DNA from: Betaproteobacteria bacterium
GTDB lineage: Bacteria > Pseudomonadota > Gammaproteobacteria > Burkholderiales > Burkholderiaceae_A
NCBI GenBank assembly: GCA_028139135.1
Contig: JAOINB010000001.1
Span: forward strand, 45,171-109,170
Length of the DNA stretch: 64,000 nucleotides
Reading direction: 5' to 3'
Shown one piece after another: positions 28,719 to 36,977 of this stretch. The position numbers and the translations under genes are program-made. The notes beneath the pieces are model-generated. The model saw only the letters and a list, made by a program, of their open reading frames with translations, was not told the origin of the DNA and ran no database searches. The stretch's first letter is position 1, and every line of letters starts with the position of its first letter.

Positions 28719-29940
28719 TTTCTGTAACCTGAACTATTCTTCTTAGGGTTTCTCTTCCATTTTTTGCAACTCTTTGCATACTCGCCTCAAGTAGAGCCAT
28801 CTCTTTTAAAGCATTCATGAAGAGGTCATATCGATCAATATTTTTACCACGCCTTCTTTCGGACTCTGCCATTTTCTTAACGCTATCGTGTAGTTCACTG
28901 AATGAGCCATGCAATTGTTCGAGCAGATCGTTGTATTCTTCAACAATCATTTTTGACCTGCTTCCTCCCTTGTCTTTTATTTTTTCGGCAGATGTTTTCA
29001 ACGTTTTCATAACCCCGGATTCTCTCGCGGCCACTAACTCTAGCTCATTACCCTCTGCACCACCCTCATTTTCCATCGGAAAAAGCATTTCCCTCATTTC
29101 CCGGCATTGACTGTCCAACTGCTTCGTTAAAACTTTTAACCTGTCCCCAACAACTAACACCTCACTCAAGATAACGTCAAGATCTTTAACAACCAAAGCT
29201 ATACGATCTAGGAAATGGTTAAGATCAGTTGCCAAATCACCGAATTCGTCTTCCGAGTTCGTTTTTGTTCTGGGTGAAATATCCATTAACCCTCTCGCAA
29301 GAGATGAGACCGTAGACCTAAGATCTAGTAACGGTTGCATTCTAATCTTTAACAAAAAAAACAAAACCAATGTGTGGATTAAGATGTTTACAGATAATAC
29401 TCCCGCAGCAACCCTCACTTCCTCTAGCCAAACATCAAGTTTCCTATCAAAATAACTGCGTACAGTTACCGTACCTAATACATCCCCAATCTTGGCTTTA
29501 ATATGGCAACCAAGACAATACTGCTCAGCAGCAATATCAACTTTGGACTCGGTATGGTGTCCAATAGGCCAAACCTGCTGCAAACCAAACGCATCCATAC
29601 CCTGGGAAACTTTTATGGAATCGACGGTAATTTGAGACGGCTCGACCGCCACTAAAAAACCAAGATCATGATAGTTTTTATCAATTATCGGGTAAATCGT
29701 CCTTGCAGCTGTTGGACCACCTGCATTTAACATAATCGATCGTATGTCATTTGACAGCTTATCGGCTACCTGTTGAACCCTAACCGGTTCATTATTTTTA
29801 AATTCGTACAATATAGCGGCGTAACGAAGACCCAATTCTAAAACGGCAACAATAACAAGGAGCAGAAAAAAGTCCCGTATCATACGGAACATGAACGATC
29901 TTTCGAAAAATCCGCGCTCTCTAGCCATAAATCCCCACAA
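28711..29940 (-). CDS. Membrane sensor: periplasmic c-type-heme (Tll0287/DUF3365-like) domain, TM, HAMP, coiled coil; no recognisable output domain
   Basis: N-terminal TM. CLGCHIKAKIGDVLGTVTVRSY (CxxCH followed by G...G, as in DUF3365). Second TM, HAMP-like LLDLRSTVSSLARG...EFGDLATDLNHFLDR, then about 160 aa of helical sequence lacking kinase, MCP or GGDEF motifs. Confidence 0.7.
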   Translation of the reverse strand: MWGFMARERGFFERSFMFRMIRDFFLLLVIVAVLELGLRYAAILYEFKNNEPVRVQQVADKLSNDIRSIMLNAGGPTAARTIYPIIDKNYHDLGFLVAVEPSQITVDSIKVSQGMDAFGLQQVWPIGHHTESKVDIAAEQYCLGCHIKAKIGDVLGTVTVRSYFDRKLDVWLEEVRVAAGVLSVNILIHTLVLFFLLKIRMQPLLDLRSTVSSLARGLMDISPRTKTNSEDEFGDLATDLNHFLDRIALVVKDLDVILSEVLVVGDRLKVLTKQLDSQCREMREMLFPMENEGGAEGNELELVAARESGVMKTLKTSAEKIKDKGGSRSKMIVEEYNDLLEQLHGSFSELHDSVKKMAESERRRGKNIDRYDLFMNALKEMALLEASMQRVAKNGRETLRRIVQVTEND

Positions 29941-30021
29941 TTACTATCAGATTATCCGTTTGCCTCAAAGTTCCATTTTAACCAAATTATTGATAATATC
30001 GAAAATCCATTTAACAAGACT

Positions 30022-30423
30022 GTGACCACTTTGCCCGGAGTTTTATACATTTACATTGCCATTGGAGCAGCAGTAGGTGCTATGTTGAGGCATTATCTAA
30101 ACGTCCTTTTCAATCCGATGAACAAACTTTTTTCCTCGGGAATTTTGGTCTCTAACATTCTAGGGGCTTGCCTTATAGGTGTCGCTCTAGCTTACATTTC
30201 AGATAACAACAATTTAGATGACAATACAAAAATAGCCATTACTACAGGATTTCTGGGTAGTTTGACCACATTCTCAGCGTTCTCTGCAGAAATCTTTGTT
30301 CTACTGCAAAATTCAAAATTCATCCTCGCAGCGATCCTAATTAGCTCTCACGTTGTAGGCTCGGTTCTTTGTACCGCTTTGTTTTATTATATAACGTCAT
30401 ACCTTTTAAAACTTTCTCCCTAA
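30022..30423 (+). CDS. crcB: Fluoride ion channel CrcB/FluC
   Basis: 4 TMs and GFLGSLTTFSAFS motif. GTG start. Confidence 0.85.
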   Translation: MTTLPGVLYIYIAIGAAVGAMLRHYLNVLFNPMNKLFSSGILVSNILGACLIGVALAYISDNNNLDDNTKIAITTGFLGSLTTFSAFSAEIFVLLQNSKFILAAILISSHVVGSVLCTALFYYITSYLLKLSP

Positions 30424-30813
30424 AATCCTGACAGAAAACCAGAAAAACGGGAGCAACAATACAAGAGCCCATCCGAAAAATAACATAGCTCCCCCAAAGG
30501 GGACCAACGACGCAAGGACGCTTAGTTCAAAAATATTTTTTACGTATATGTTTAGTGAAAAAAGAATCATGCCCAAACAAAACAAAATAGAAGCGGAATG
30601 AGACAAATACACACAAATTCTCGGCAAAGAAGAACATCTAATTAAAGAAATTAATCCAAATAAAGCTATGCAGTGTATCTGTTGAACGCCGAAAGCATAA
30701 AGAATAGACTTGTTATTATCGAATGTACTATTGTCTGCGTGCGAAAGGTAAAAAAGCACTAACAAAGCCACCAACATGTTAAACAATACATAAAAAGTGT
30801 ACAACGTATGCAT
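30406..30813 (-). CDS. DUF423-like small membrane protein
   Basis: Four TMs of about the right size, Gly-rich last helix (PFGGAMLFFGWAL). Confidence 0.6.
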   Translation of the reverse strand: MHTLYTFYVLFNMLVALLVLFYLSHADNSTFDNNKSILYAFGVQQIHCIALFGLISLIRCSSLPRICVYLSHSASILFCLGMILFSLNIYVKNIFELSVLASLVPFGGAMLFFGWALVLLLPFFWFSVRILGRKF

Positions 30814-30830
30814 TAATTTTCTTCCTTGAT

Positions 30831-31388
30831 ATGAATCTAGCCTACCCTATTTTGCTAATTACATGCGTATTCTTTTTAACATCGCCTAATGCTTATACAG
30901 CCACCTATTCCTTTTCAACAGAAAATGGTATGCACAAAATAGGGCTCAAAACAAAAATAAACAAAAAACCATGCTCAGTTTTTAACGCACTTACGGACTA
31001 CGATAACTTAACAACGTTTTACTCAAACCTTGAGCATAGTAAGATTTTGAACAAATATCAGGACTCGATTATTGTAGAACAACATTTCGTGGGAAAAATA
31101 ATGAACATGAGCATCAAACAAAGAGTCATTTTAAAAGTTAAATACGCAGGTTATAAAATTATTATGGAACAAATAGAAGGAGATTTTGTCCACTATCGCA
31201 GTATATGGTCAATTATCCCCCAAAAAAATAACACTAACATGACAATTGCTACGGAATTCAAAGTCTCTTTTCTTAAAAACTTGTTTGTCAGCAAGGCGAG
31301 TTTAGAAAGAAAACACAAAACATTTTTAAAAAATATGAGGCAACAAATGGACTCAGGCTTGTATGAACATTGCACCCAAAAAAATTAG
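30831..31388 (+). CDS. Secreted SRPBCC/START-fold protein
   Basis: Signal peptide plus a START-like pattern. Overlaps the photolyase start by 26 nt. Confidence 0.6.
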   Translation: MNLAYPILLITCVFFLTSPNAYTATYSFSTENGMHKIGLKTKINKKPCSVFNALTDYDNLTTFYSNLEHSKILNKYQDSIIVEQHFVGKIMNMSIKQRVILKVKYAGYKIIMEQIEGDFVHYRSIWSIIPQKNNTNMTIATEFKVSFLKNLFVSKASLERKHKTFLKNMRQQMDSGLYEHCTQKN

Positions 31389-32901
31389 CATAATATGGTT
31401 CAAGAAAGATCTTAGGCTGTATGATAACGAGGCATTAAGCTCAGCGGCAGCAAACGGTTTTACTGTTGGTCTTTTTTCCTTAGACAATTTACGTTGGAAC
31501 ACATCAGATTTGAGCACGCGTCATAAAGTATTCCTCCTTAAAGGTCTATATGAACTTGCTAAACGATTGGCCAGTTACAGAGTTCCTATCTATATTGCTA
31601 AAGGGAATTTAATCGATACGCTTACAAGGTTAAAGCGAGAATTTGAGGAATTTACTTTGTACAGTCATCAGGAGACCGGAAACTTTTCATCTTATTTGTT
31701 GGATAAAAAAGTTAAGAAATGGTGCAAGTTAAATCACATACTCTGGGAAGAGAAGCGCCAAAATAATGTTGTAAGAGGTTTGAAACAACGGGATGTGTGG
31801 TCTAGAAAGTGGAAGGAGTTTATGAGTAAAGAGTGTTTGAAATTACCTTTATTCAACTCCAATATTTGTAATCCACAGATGGAAAATAGTAAATTTCTTT
31901 CTCCAAAGGTAGATGACTTTGAATGGAATAGTTTATTGAAGTTTTGTGGATTAGACCATCTCGCTCTAGACTCAGCAAGTAAAGGTTTGCCAGATAATCT
32001 AAATGAGACAATGCAGCAACTACTTACTTCGTTTTTTCAAGAACGCTCCTTGAACTACCGCACTGAAATGAGCAGTCCCCTAAAAGCAGAATATTCCTGT
32101 TCGAGGTTGTCTCCATTTTTAACCAGTGGCATGTTGTCAATAAGAGCTTTATACAAAGAACTTTTGTCCGTATCAGAAGAGTTAAAATCAAAAGAATTTA
32201 ATGCAACAAAATTCAGAAGTTTGCGCAGCTTTGAAAAAAGACTACATTGGCGATGTCATTTTATCCAAAAACTTGAATTCGAGCCTCAATTGGAATTTAG
32301 ATGTATGCACGTAAACTATGAACATGTTAGAAATCAAAATATATTAAATGCTCAGGAAGAAGATTTTCTAAACTTGTGGAAAGAGGGTAAGACAGGCTTT
32401 CCACTAATTGATGCTTGCATGAACTATCTAAAAACTACTGGGTGGATTAATTTCAGAATGCGCGCAATGCTAGTATCTTTTGCGAGTAATAACTTATGGT
32501 TACACTGGACACACTCGGGAGAACATCTCGCCAGACTTTTTCTTGACTATGAACCGGGTATTCACTGGCCGCAAATGCAAATGCAAAGTGGAACCACTGG
32601 AATAAATACCATTAGAATTTACAACCCCGAAAAGCAATTTGTCGATCAAGACCCAGACCAAAACTTTACTAAAAAATGGAATCCCAATGGTTGGCCATAT
32701 TCAGAATTTGACAAAATCGTAGATTTGAAAAAAAGTTCTCAAGCTGCCCGAGAAAAACTGTGGGCTATGAGGAAAAGTAAAAAGTTTGTTGATCTTGCGA
32801 AAAAAGTGTACCTAGACCACGGAAGCCGTAAGAGGAAAAATTTTAAACAAAAACGGCAACTTGTTTCCAATAGCCAATTGGAACTCCTAGATAAACAGTG
32901 A
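31363..32901 (+). CDS. Cryptochrome/photolyase family protein (class not assigned)
   Basis: N-terminal IIWFKKDLRLYDNEAL (alpha/beta photolyase domain). C-terminal FAD domain GFPLIDACMNYLKTTGWINFRMRAMLVSF...DYEPGIHWPQMQMQSGTTG. Confidence 0.85.
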   Translation: MNIAPKKISIIWFKKDLRLYDNEALSSAAANGFTVGLFSLDNLRWNTSDLSTRHKVFLLKGLYELAKRLASYRVPIYIAKGNLIDTLTRLKREFEEFTLYSHQETGNFSSYLLDKKVKKWCKLNHILWEEKRQNNVVRGLKQRDVWSRKWKEFMSKECLKLPLFNSNICNPQMENSKFLSPKVDDFEWNSLLKFCGLDHLALDSASKGLPDNLNETMQQLLTSFFQERSLNYRTEMSSPLKAEYSCSRLSPFLTSGMLSIRALYKELLSVSEELKSKEFNATKFRSLRSFEKRLHWRCHFIQKLEFEPQLEFRCMHVNYEHVRNQNILNAQEEDFLNLWKEGKTGFPLIDACMNYLKTTGWINFRMRAMLVSFASNNLWLHWTHSGEHLARLFLDYEPGIHWPQMQMQSGTTGINTIRIYNPEKQFVDQDPDQNFTKKWNPNGWPYSEFDKIVDLKKSSQAAREKLWAMRKSKKFVDLAKKVYLDHGSRKRKNFKQKRQLVSNSQLELLDKQ

Positions 32902-33053
32902 GAAAAATTAAAGAGAGTAAAATTTGCGTTGTCTGTAAAAAACCCATGGAGTGGCGAAAATCGTGGCGAAATAATTGGCAAGAAGTGAAATACTGTTCTG
33001 ATAGATGTAGAAAAAATAAGCGTGTCACGAAAAGCAATGCTCCTGAGACCTGA
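32898..33053 (+). CDS. Untracked DUF2256 zinc-ribbon mini-protein (51 aa)
   Basis: Own translation: VRKIKESKICVVCKKPMEWRKSWRNNWQEVKYCSDRCRKNKRVTKSNAPET. The C-x2-C...W(R/K)K.W...VKYCS..CR pattern is that of DUF2256. Its GTG overlaps the photolyase TGA (GTGA). Confidence 0.7.
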   Translation: MRKIKESKICVVCKKPMEWRKSWRNNWQEVKYCSDRCRKNKRVTKSNAPET

Positions 33054-33096
33054 AAATTTTTTAATTGCACAATACTATATAAAGACTTTCTTGATG

Positions 33097-34248
33097 TCAC
33101 TTAATTGTTTTTTCTATTTTTCTCCAATACTTTGAGAAAGAATGACAGTATTGCTCTGGTTCCACTCCTATTTTTTTTTCAAAAATCATATTTACTCTGT
33201 CAAACGGAAACCGTGGAATTTCTTCTAAATGTTGATTATATGTAGACAAACATTTTCCTATTTGACTCGCATCCCTACAAATAAAAATATCATCACACGT
33301 CTCTTCCATACTTTTTAAAACAAAATTCCACTTAATGGAACTCCATGGCCATTTCTTGTGAAACTCGTCAAAAATGATTCCAATTTTCTTCCTATGGCTG
33401 TTTATTTCATCAGAAAACCCGATATTCCATGGATGAATGAGAAAAAAATCATCTAATTTTGCATCTCGAACATCTGGCAAATCGATGGGAGGATAAGATT
33501 TAACTAGAGGGGGTTCAAATGGAATAAGCTTGTCTTCTGTTATCAACTCATTTCCAATTGTTTTCCGACTAAAAGCTAAATCTGATAACTCCGAGTAACT
33601 TTTATCTAGAGAGGTCCCCTTGACACAAAATTCCTCAGGGCCGTACTTTTTAACATTTTCAGCGTTAAAAATATAAATACTTGAACGAGTTGTCCCAGCA
33701 ACCCATTGCCACGACAAATGATTTGATGCAAGGTCTCCATCTACTAATAGAGAATACATCCAGTCAGCGCCAACTTTCCAATAAACTTTTCTAAAGTGGA
33801 CAATATAAGCAGCCAACCACATTCTCGCGTGATTGTGAATATACCCACTTTCATACAAACCTTGAATACTTTTATCTATAACAGCAAGACCAGTTTTGGC
33901 ACGAGTAATGTCACCTGGCAACTCAGACTTGTAAAAAGACTTAGGTACTGCCTCCTCGCCAAGTGAACTGAAAATGTTTTCCCCTTTTTTTTTCCATACA
34001 TGATGGAAAAATTGACGCCACATTAATTCGTTGACAAATTTGTGATCGGGTCTTAGATTATATTTCTTCGTTAGGCTACCGTAAACCTCCTCCAGAGATA
34101 GAATCCCATGAGTAATATATGGAGACAACTTGCTTACGTTGCCTTTAATAAAGTTTCTGGTTCGTTTATACTCTGAAGGGTTGAATGAGTCGAGCCTCTG
34201 TTTTGCAGAAACTCTCCCTGGAAGTGCAGTTGTATTAGAATAGTTCAA
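33097..34248 (-). CDS. Photolyase-related protein beginning at the FAD-binding domain, with an unassigned ~170-aa C-terminal domain
   Basis: SKLSPYITHGILS..., YIHNHARMWLAAYIV, DGDLASNHLSWQWVAGT are FAD_binding_7 motifs starting at residue ~10. There is no N-terminal alpha/beta domain. TTG start. Confidence 0.75.
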   Translation of the reverse strand: MNYSNTTALPGRVSAKQRLDSFNPSEYKRTRNFIKGNVSKLSPYITHGILSLEEVYGSLTKKYNLRPDHKFVNELMWRQFFHHVWKKKGENIFSSLGEEAVPKSFYKSELPGDITRAKTGLAVIDKSIQGLYESGYIHNHARMWLAAYIVHFRKVYWKVGADWMYSLLVDGDLASNHLSWQWVAGTTRSSIYIFNAENVKKYGPEEFCVKGTSLDKSYSELSDLAFSRKTIGNELITEDKLIPFEPPLVKSYPPIDLPDVRDAKLDDFFLIHPWNIGFSDEINSHRKKIGIIFDEFHKKWPWSSIKWNFVLKSMEETCDDIFICRDASQIGKCLSTYNQHLEEIPRFPFDRVNMIFEKKIGVEPEQYCHSFSKYWRKIEKTIK

Positions 34249-34252
34249 AATT

Positions 34253-34753
34253 ATGGTCTCTTTTCAATCCGCGATATTTGCCGCTCTTTCATGGAATGTT
34301 ACACCGATTGTAGCAATGGACAATAATTGGCCAATTCGATGCGGCATACATTACTACGACGAAAAAGAAAATATCTCATTTAAAGTTGAAAAGTTTGTGC
34401 GGGAAGCAAGAGTTTTGACATCAATGACTCTAGAAGTTCCCGGCCAACGCATTTCCTCAGCAAGTCTAAAATCACGAACAATTAACACGGAAACTATTTT
34501 TCAAAATCCAGCCGGTGAGAAAGAAACCTTCTATGTCGAGAAAAATTTAGAACAATCAGACCAAGGAGGTCTTTTGATGTTCGAAATAGCAAATTTTGGG
34601 GGAAAGTTGATCTACAAAACAAATGAAACACAGGTAAGATTAAATCTTCCTTCGCGATTATCCAGAAATGTCACCGGAGCATATTTAAATTGTGCAGGAG
34701 ATTTAATTAGGCCAGACAACGAAATATCATTTTATGAGAGTACAGCAAAGTAA
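34253..34753 (+). CDS. Hypothetical protein (possibly secreted)
   Basis: ORF only. The start is uncertain (ATG 34253 or 34316). Confidence 0.45.
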   Translation: MVSFQSAIFAALSWNVTPIVAMDNNWPIRCGIHYYDEKENISFKVEKFVREARVLTSMTLEVPGQRISSASLKSRTINTETIFQNPAGEKETFYVEKNLEQSDQGGLLMFEIANFGGKLIYKTNETQVRLNLPSRLSRNVTGAYLNCAGDLIRPDNEISFYESTAK

Positions 34754-34817
34754 GAGAAACCTATTTTGTTTTGGTCTTATAAGTTTAATTCTTTCAAAGC
34801 GAGGTATTAGTTTCGAC

Positions 34818-35741
34818 ATGAAAGCCAATAAAAATAAGACTGGTCTTATTTTTGATAACATTTTTCTTGACCCTATACATGATCAGGCACATCCTGAAAC
34901 TCCTAAGAGATTACAATTAGCGTGGGAAAAAATTCAAAGCCATCCTGGGTTTAACAACTCTATTGTTTACTTACCCTTGAAAGAAATAAGCGACGAGATA
35001 ATAACGATGATTCACTCTGAGGACCATCTCGAAAAAATTGCTAGCAGATATAGTTCTAACATAGTTACAATCGCCAGGTCGGCAGTTGGTGGAGTCATAG
35101 CTGCTTGTGACTATGTGCATCAAAACAAAGTACAGAATGCTTTTGTGGCGGCAAGACCCCCGGGGCATCATGCAAGAAATTATGGGCGCGAAGAGGGGTT
35201 TTGCTTTTTTAACAATATTGCGATAGCTGCTAAATATCTCCAAAATGTTTTGAAATACAAGCGAATTTTAATTGTCGATTGGGATTATCACCACGGCGAT
35301 GGAACGGAATTTTTTTTCTATGACGATCCTACCGTGCTATTTTTTTCTTTGCATGATTGGCATTCGTATCCTGGTACCGGAGATCCGGCGAGAAAAGGTG
35401 AAGGTGAAGGGTACGGTTACAATATTAATGTCCATCTGAATTGTGGAGCAACGGATAGTGACTTAAGAGAAAGCCTGGTTGAAAAGTTACTCCCAGCAGC
35501 CGAGAAGTTTCAACCTGATTTCGTTCTAATTTCAGCCGGCTTCGATTCAAGAAAAGATGACTTGCTAGGTTGTTTCAATTTTTCTGACTCAGGGTTCTAT
35601 GACGCCACAAAAATAGTCTTAGATATCGCTAACAAATATGCGAACGGGAAAATAGTTTCCCTTCTAGAAGGAGGTTATTATCCAGAAGGAGTTGCAAACG
35701 GTGTGCAAGCTCATTTAACATCCCTATCGGACAATAAGTAG
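34818..35741 (+). CDS. Histone deacetylase-family amidohydrolase (acetylpolyamine/acetoin-utilisation type)
   Basis: RPPGHHARNYGREEGFCFFNNIAIAA and DWDYHHGDGTE motifs. Start placed at the internal Met (MKANKNK). Confidence 0.85.
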   Translation: MKANKNKTGLIFDNIFLDPIHDQAHPETPKRLQLAWEKIQSHPGFNNSIVYLPLKEISDEIITMIHSEDHLEKIASRYSSNIVTIARSAVGGVIAACDYVHQNKVQNAFVAARPPGHHARNYGREEGFCFFNNIAIAAKYLQNVLKYKRILIVDWDYHHGDGTEFFFYDDPTVLFFSLHDWHSYPGTGDPARKGEGEGYGYNINVHLNCGATDSDLRESLVEKLLPAAEKFQPDFVLISAGFDSRKDDLLGCFNFSDSGFYDATKIVLDIANKYANGKIVSLLEGGYYPEGVANGVQAHLTSLSDNK

Positions 35742-36206
35742 AACAATAGAGCAAAAAAAACAAGAAGCAACGATAACCGTTAGGCGAAATCGGAGCGGAA
35801 GAAACCAATTCGGAATATCTTCTTGCCTAAACAAGATACTATCAATTACATAAATAAATATGAAACTTGATCCAATAATTAATAATCTATCAAGTTCATC
35901 AAACAGAATTGAGAAAAAAGCTATCAAGGACGGAATGACACCAATAACAAGCCGGCCCGCTAAATTTTTGATCTCAGCTTTATGTGCTATCGCCAACATA
36001 TAGCCCCAGTGCGGAGCGCCTAAAAAACTCAGGATAATGCTGCCATAGAAATATATTAAGCTAACCTCACCTTGAATCAGTTGATAACCATGCCACTGCA
36101 TTGCCACAAAAACGACGAAAGGAACAGCTCCCCCGTAGCCTAAAGCATAAGCAGTTCCCGAACACTTATCAATTTTTTCTACTCCAAAAATAATTTTATT
36201 CATCAT
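35724..36206 (-). CDS. DUF3429-like membrane protein
   Basis: About 5 TMs. The start is chosen at an internal Met to avoid overlap with cutA. Family call tentative. Confidence 0.55.
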   Translation of the reverse strand: MMNKIIFGVEKIDKCSGTAYALGYGGAVPFVVFVAMQWHGYQLIQGEVSLIYFYGSIILSFLGAPHWGYMLAIAHKAEIKNLAGRLVIGVIPSLIAFFSILFDELDRLLIIGSSFIFIYVIDSILFRQEDIPNWFLPLRFRLTVIVASCFFCSIVLLIVR

Positions 36207-36546
36207 CCTCAAATTCTTCGTTTTCGCCACATTGGTTGTCCACCCATTCAGCATAAGGACCATAAGCATACATTATGGGCACACTGATTATTTCGGGTAA
36301 ATCATATGGGTGCACTTCCAGAAGTTTCTCCTCTATCCTTTCGTAATTATCTGCTACCGTTTTGATGCTTAATTTAAACTCAAGGCTTTCGTCAACCTCA
36401 TCCTCCCATTCAAAAATACTACGAACCTGATTGATCTGAATACAAGCGGCTAAATTCTCTTCTACAAGAATCCTGGAAATACTTCGAGCCTCCTTAATTG
36501 AATCAACCGTAGTGCACACCACAATTAGATCTTTTGTAAATTCCAT
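36196..36546 (-). CDS. cutA: Divalent-cation tolerance protein CutA
   Basis: LIVVCTTVDS...LAACIQI...SIFEWEDEV...E..L.IKT...YE is the CutA1 pattern. Start at MEFTK. Confidence 0.85.
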   Translation of the reverse strand: MEFTKDLIVVCTTVDSIKEARSISRILVEENLAACIQINQVRSIFEWEDEVDESLEFKLSIKTVADNYERIEEKLLEVHPYDLPEIISVPIMYAYGPYAEWVDNQCGENEEFEDDE

Positions 36547-36556
36547 ATTCTTTATC

Positions 36557-36859
36557 CTAGTTAGTGTTCTCCACCCCCTCAACTATCAAAAGATACCCTT
36601 TCGCATTTTGCAATCTACCGTGAACTATTTCCTGATACTCCCGTGAAAAATACCATGCCTTCGCAGTATCAATACTAGGAAATTCTATGATGACATTTCT
36701 ATTTCCAGTGGGATCCCCATCTAAAATTACCGTATCCCCTCCCCTTGCTAAAAACTTGCCGCCATGCGCTTTGACTGTTTCTGGAACCTTCTTCGCGTAT
36801 TCTCCATATCCGTCTTTATTTAATATTGTATTGTTTCCTAAGATGTAAGCTTTAGCCAA
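36557..36859 (-). CDS. DUF1330 protein
   Basis: Y..YA..V..T....GGKFLARGG......G.......VIIEFPS...A..WY.S.EYQ pattern. TTG start with GGAGGTG SD. Confidence 0.8.
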   Translation of the reverse strand: MAKAYILGNNTILNKDGYGEYAKKVPETVKAHGGKFLARGGDTVILDGDPTGNRNVIIEFPSIDTAKAWYFSREYQEIVHGRLQNAKGYLLIVEGVENTN

Positions 36860-36977
36860 AATTCACCTCCGTGTTCTTTATAACTTATTTTTCTAACGTT
36901 AAAAAAAAAAAGTATTTCAAAAAATTTTTTTTACAACGTACAGTATAGGCTACTTTGAACAACTTGACTTTTCGACT
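36860..36977. promoter_or_regulatory. Divergent intergenic region upstream of the cys operon
   Basis: 118-nt AT-rich spacer with an A11 tract, between divergent operons. Inferred from geometry only. Confidence 0.3.

Noticed and set aside
29941-30021. Fluoride riboswitch upstream of crcB
   Set aside because: The 81-nt leader is AT-rich. It lacks the conserved crcB-motif elements I remember (GGCGATGG... pseudoknot, CTGATGATGCC-like segment). An Infernal scan would settle it.
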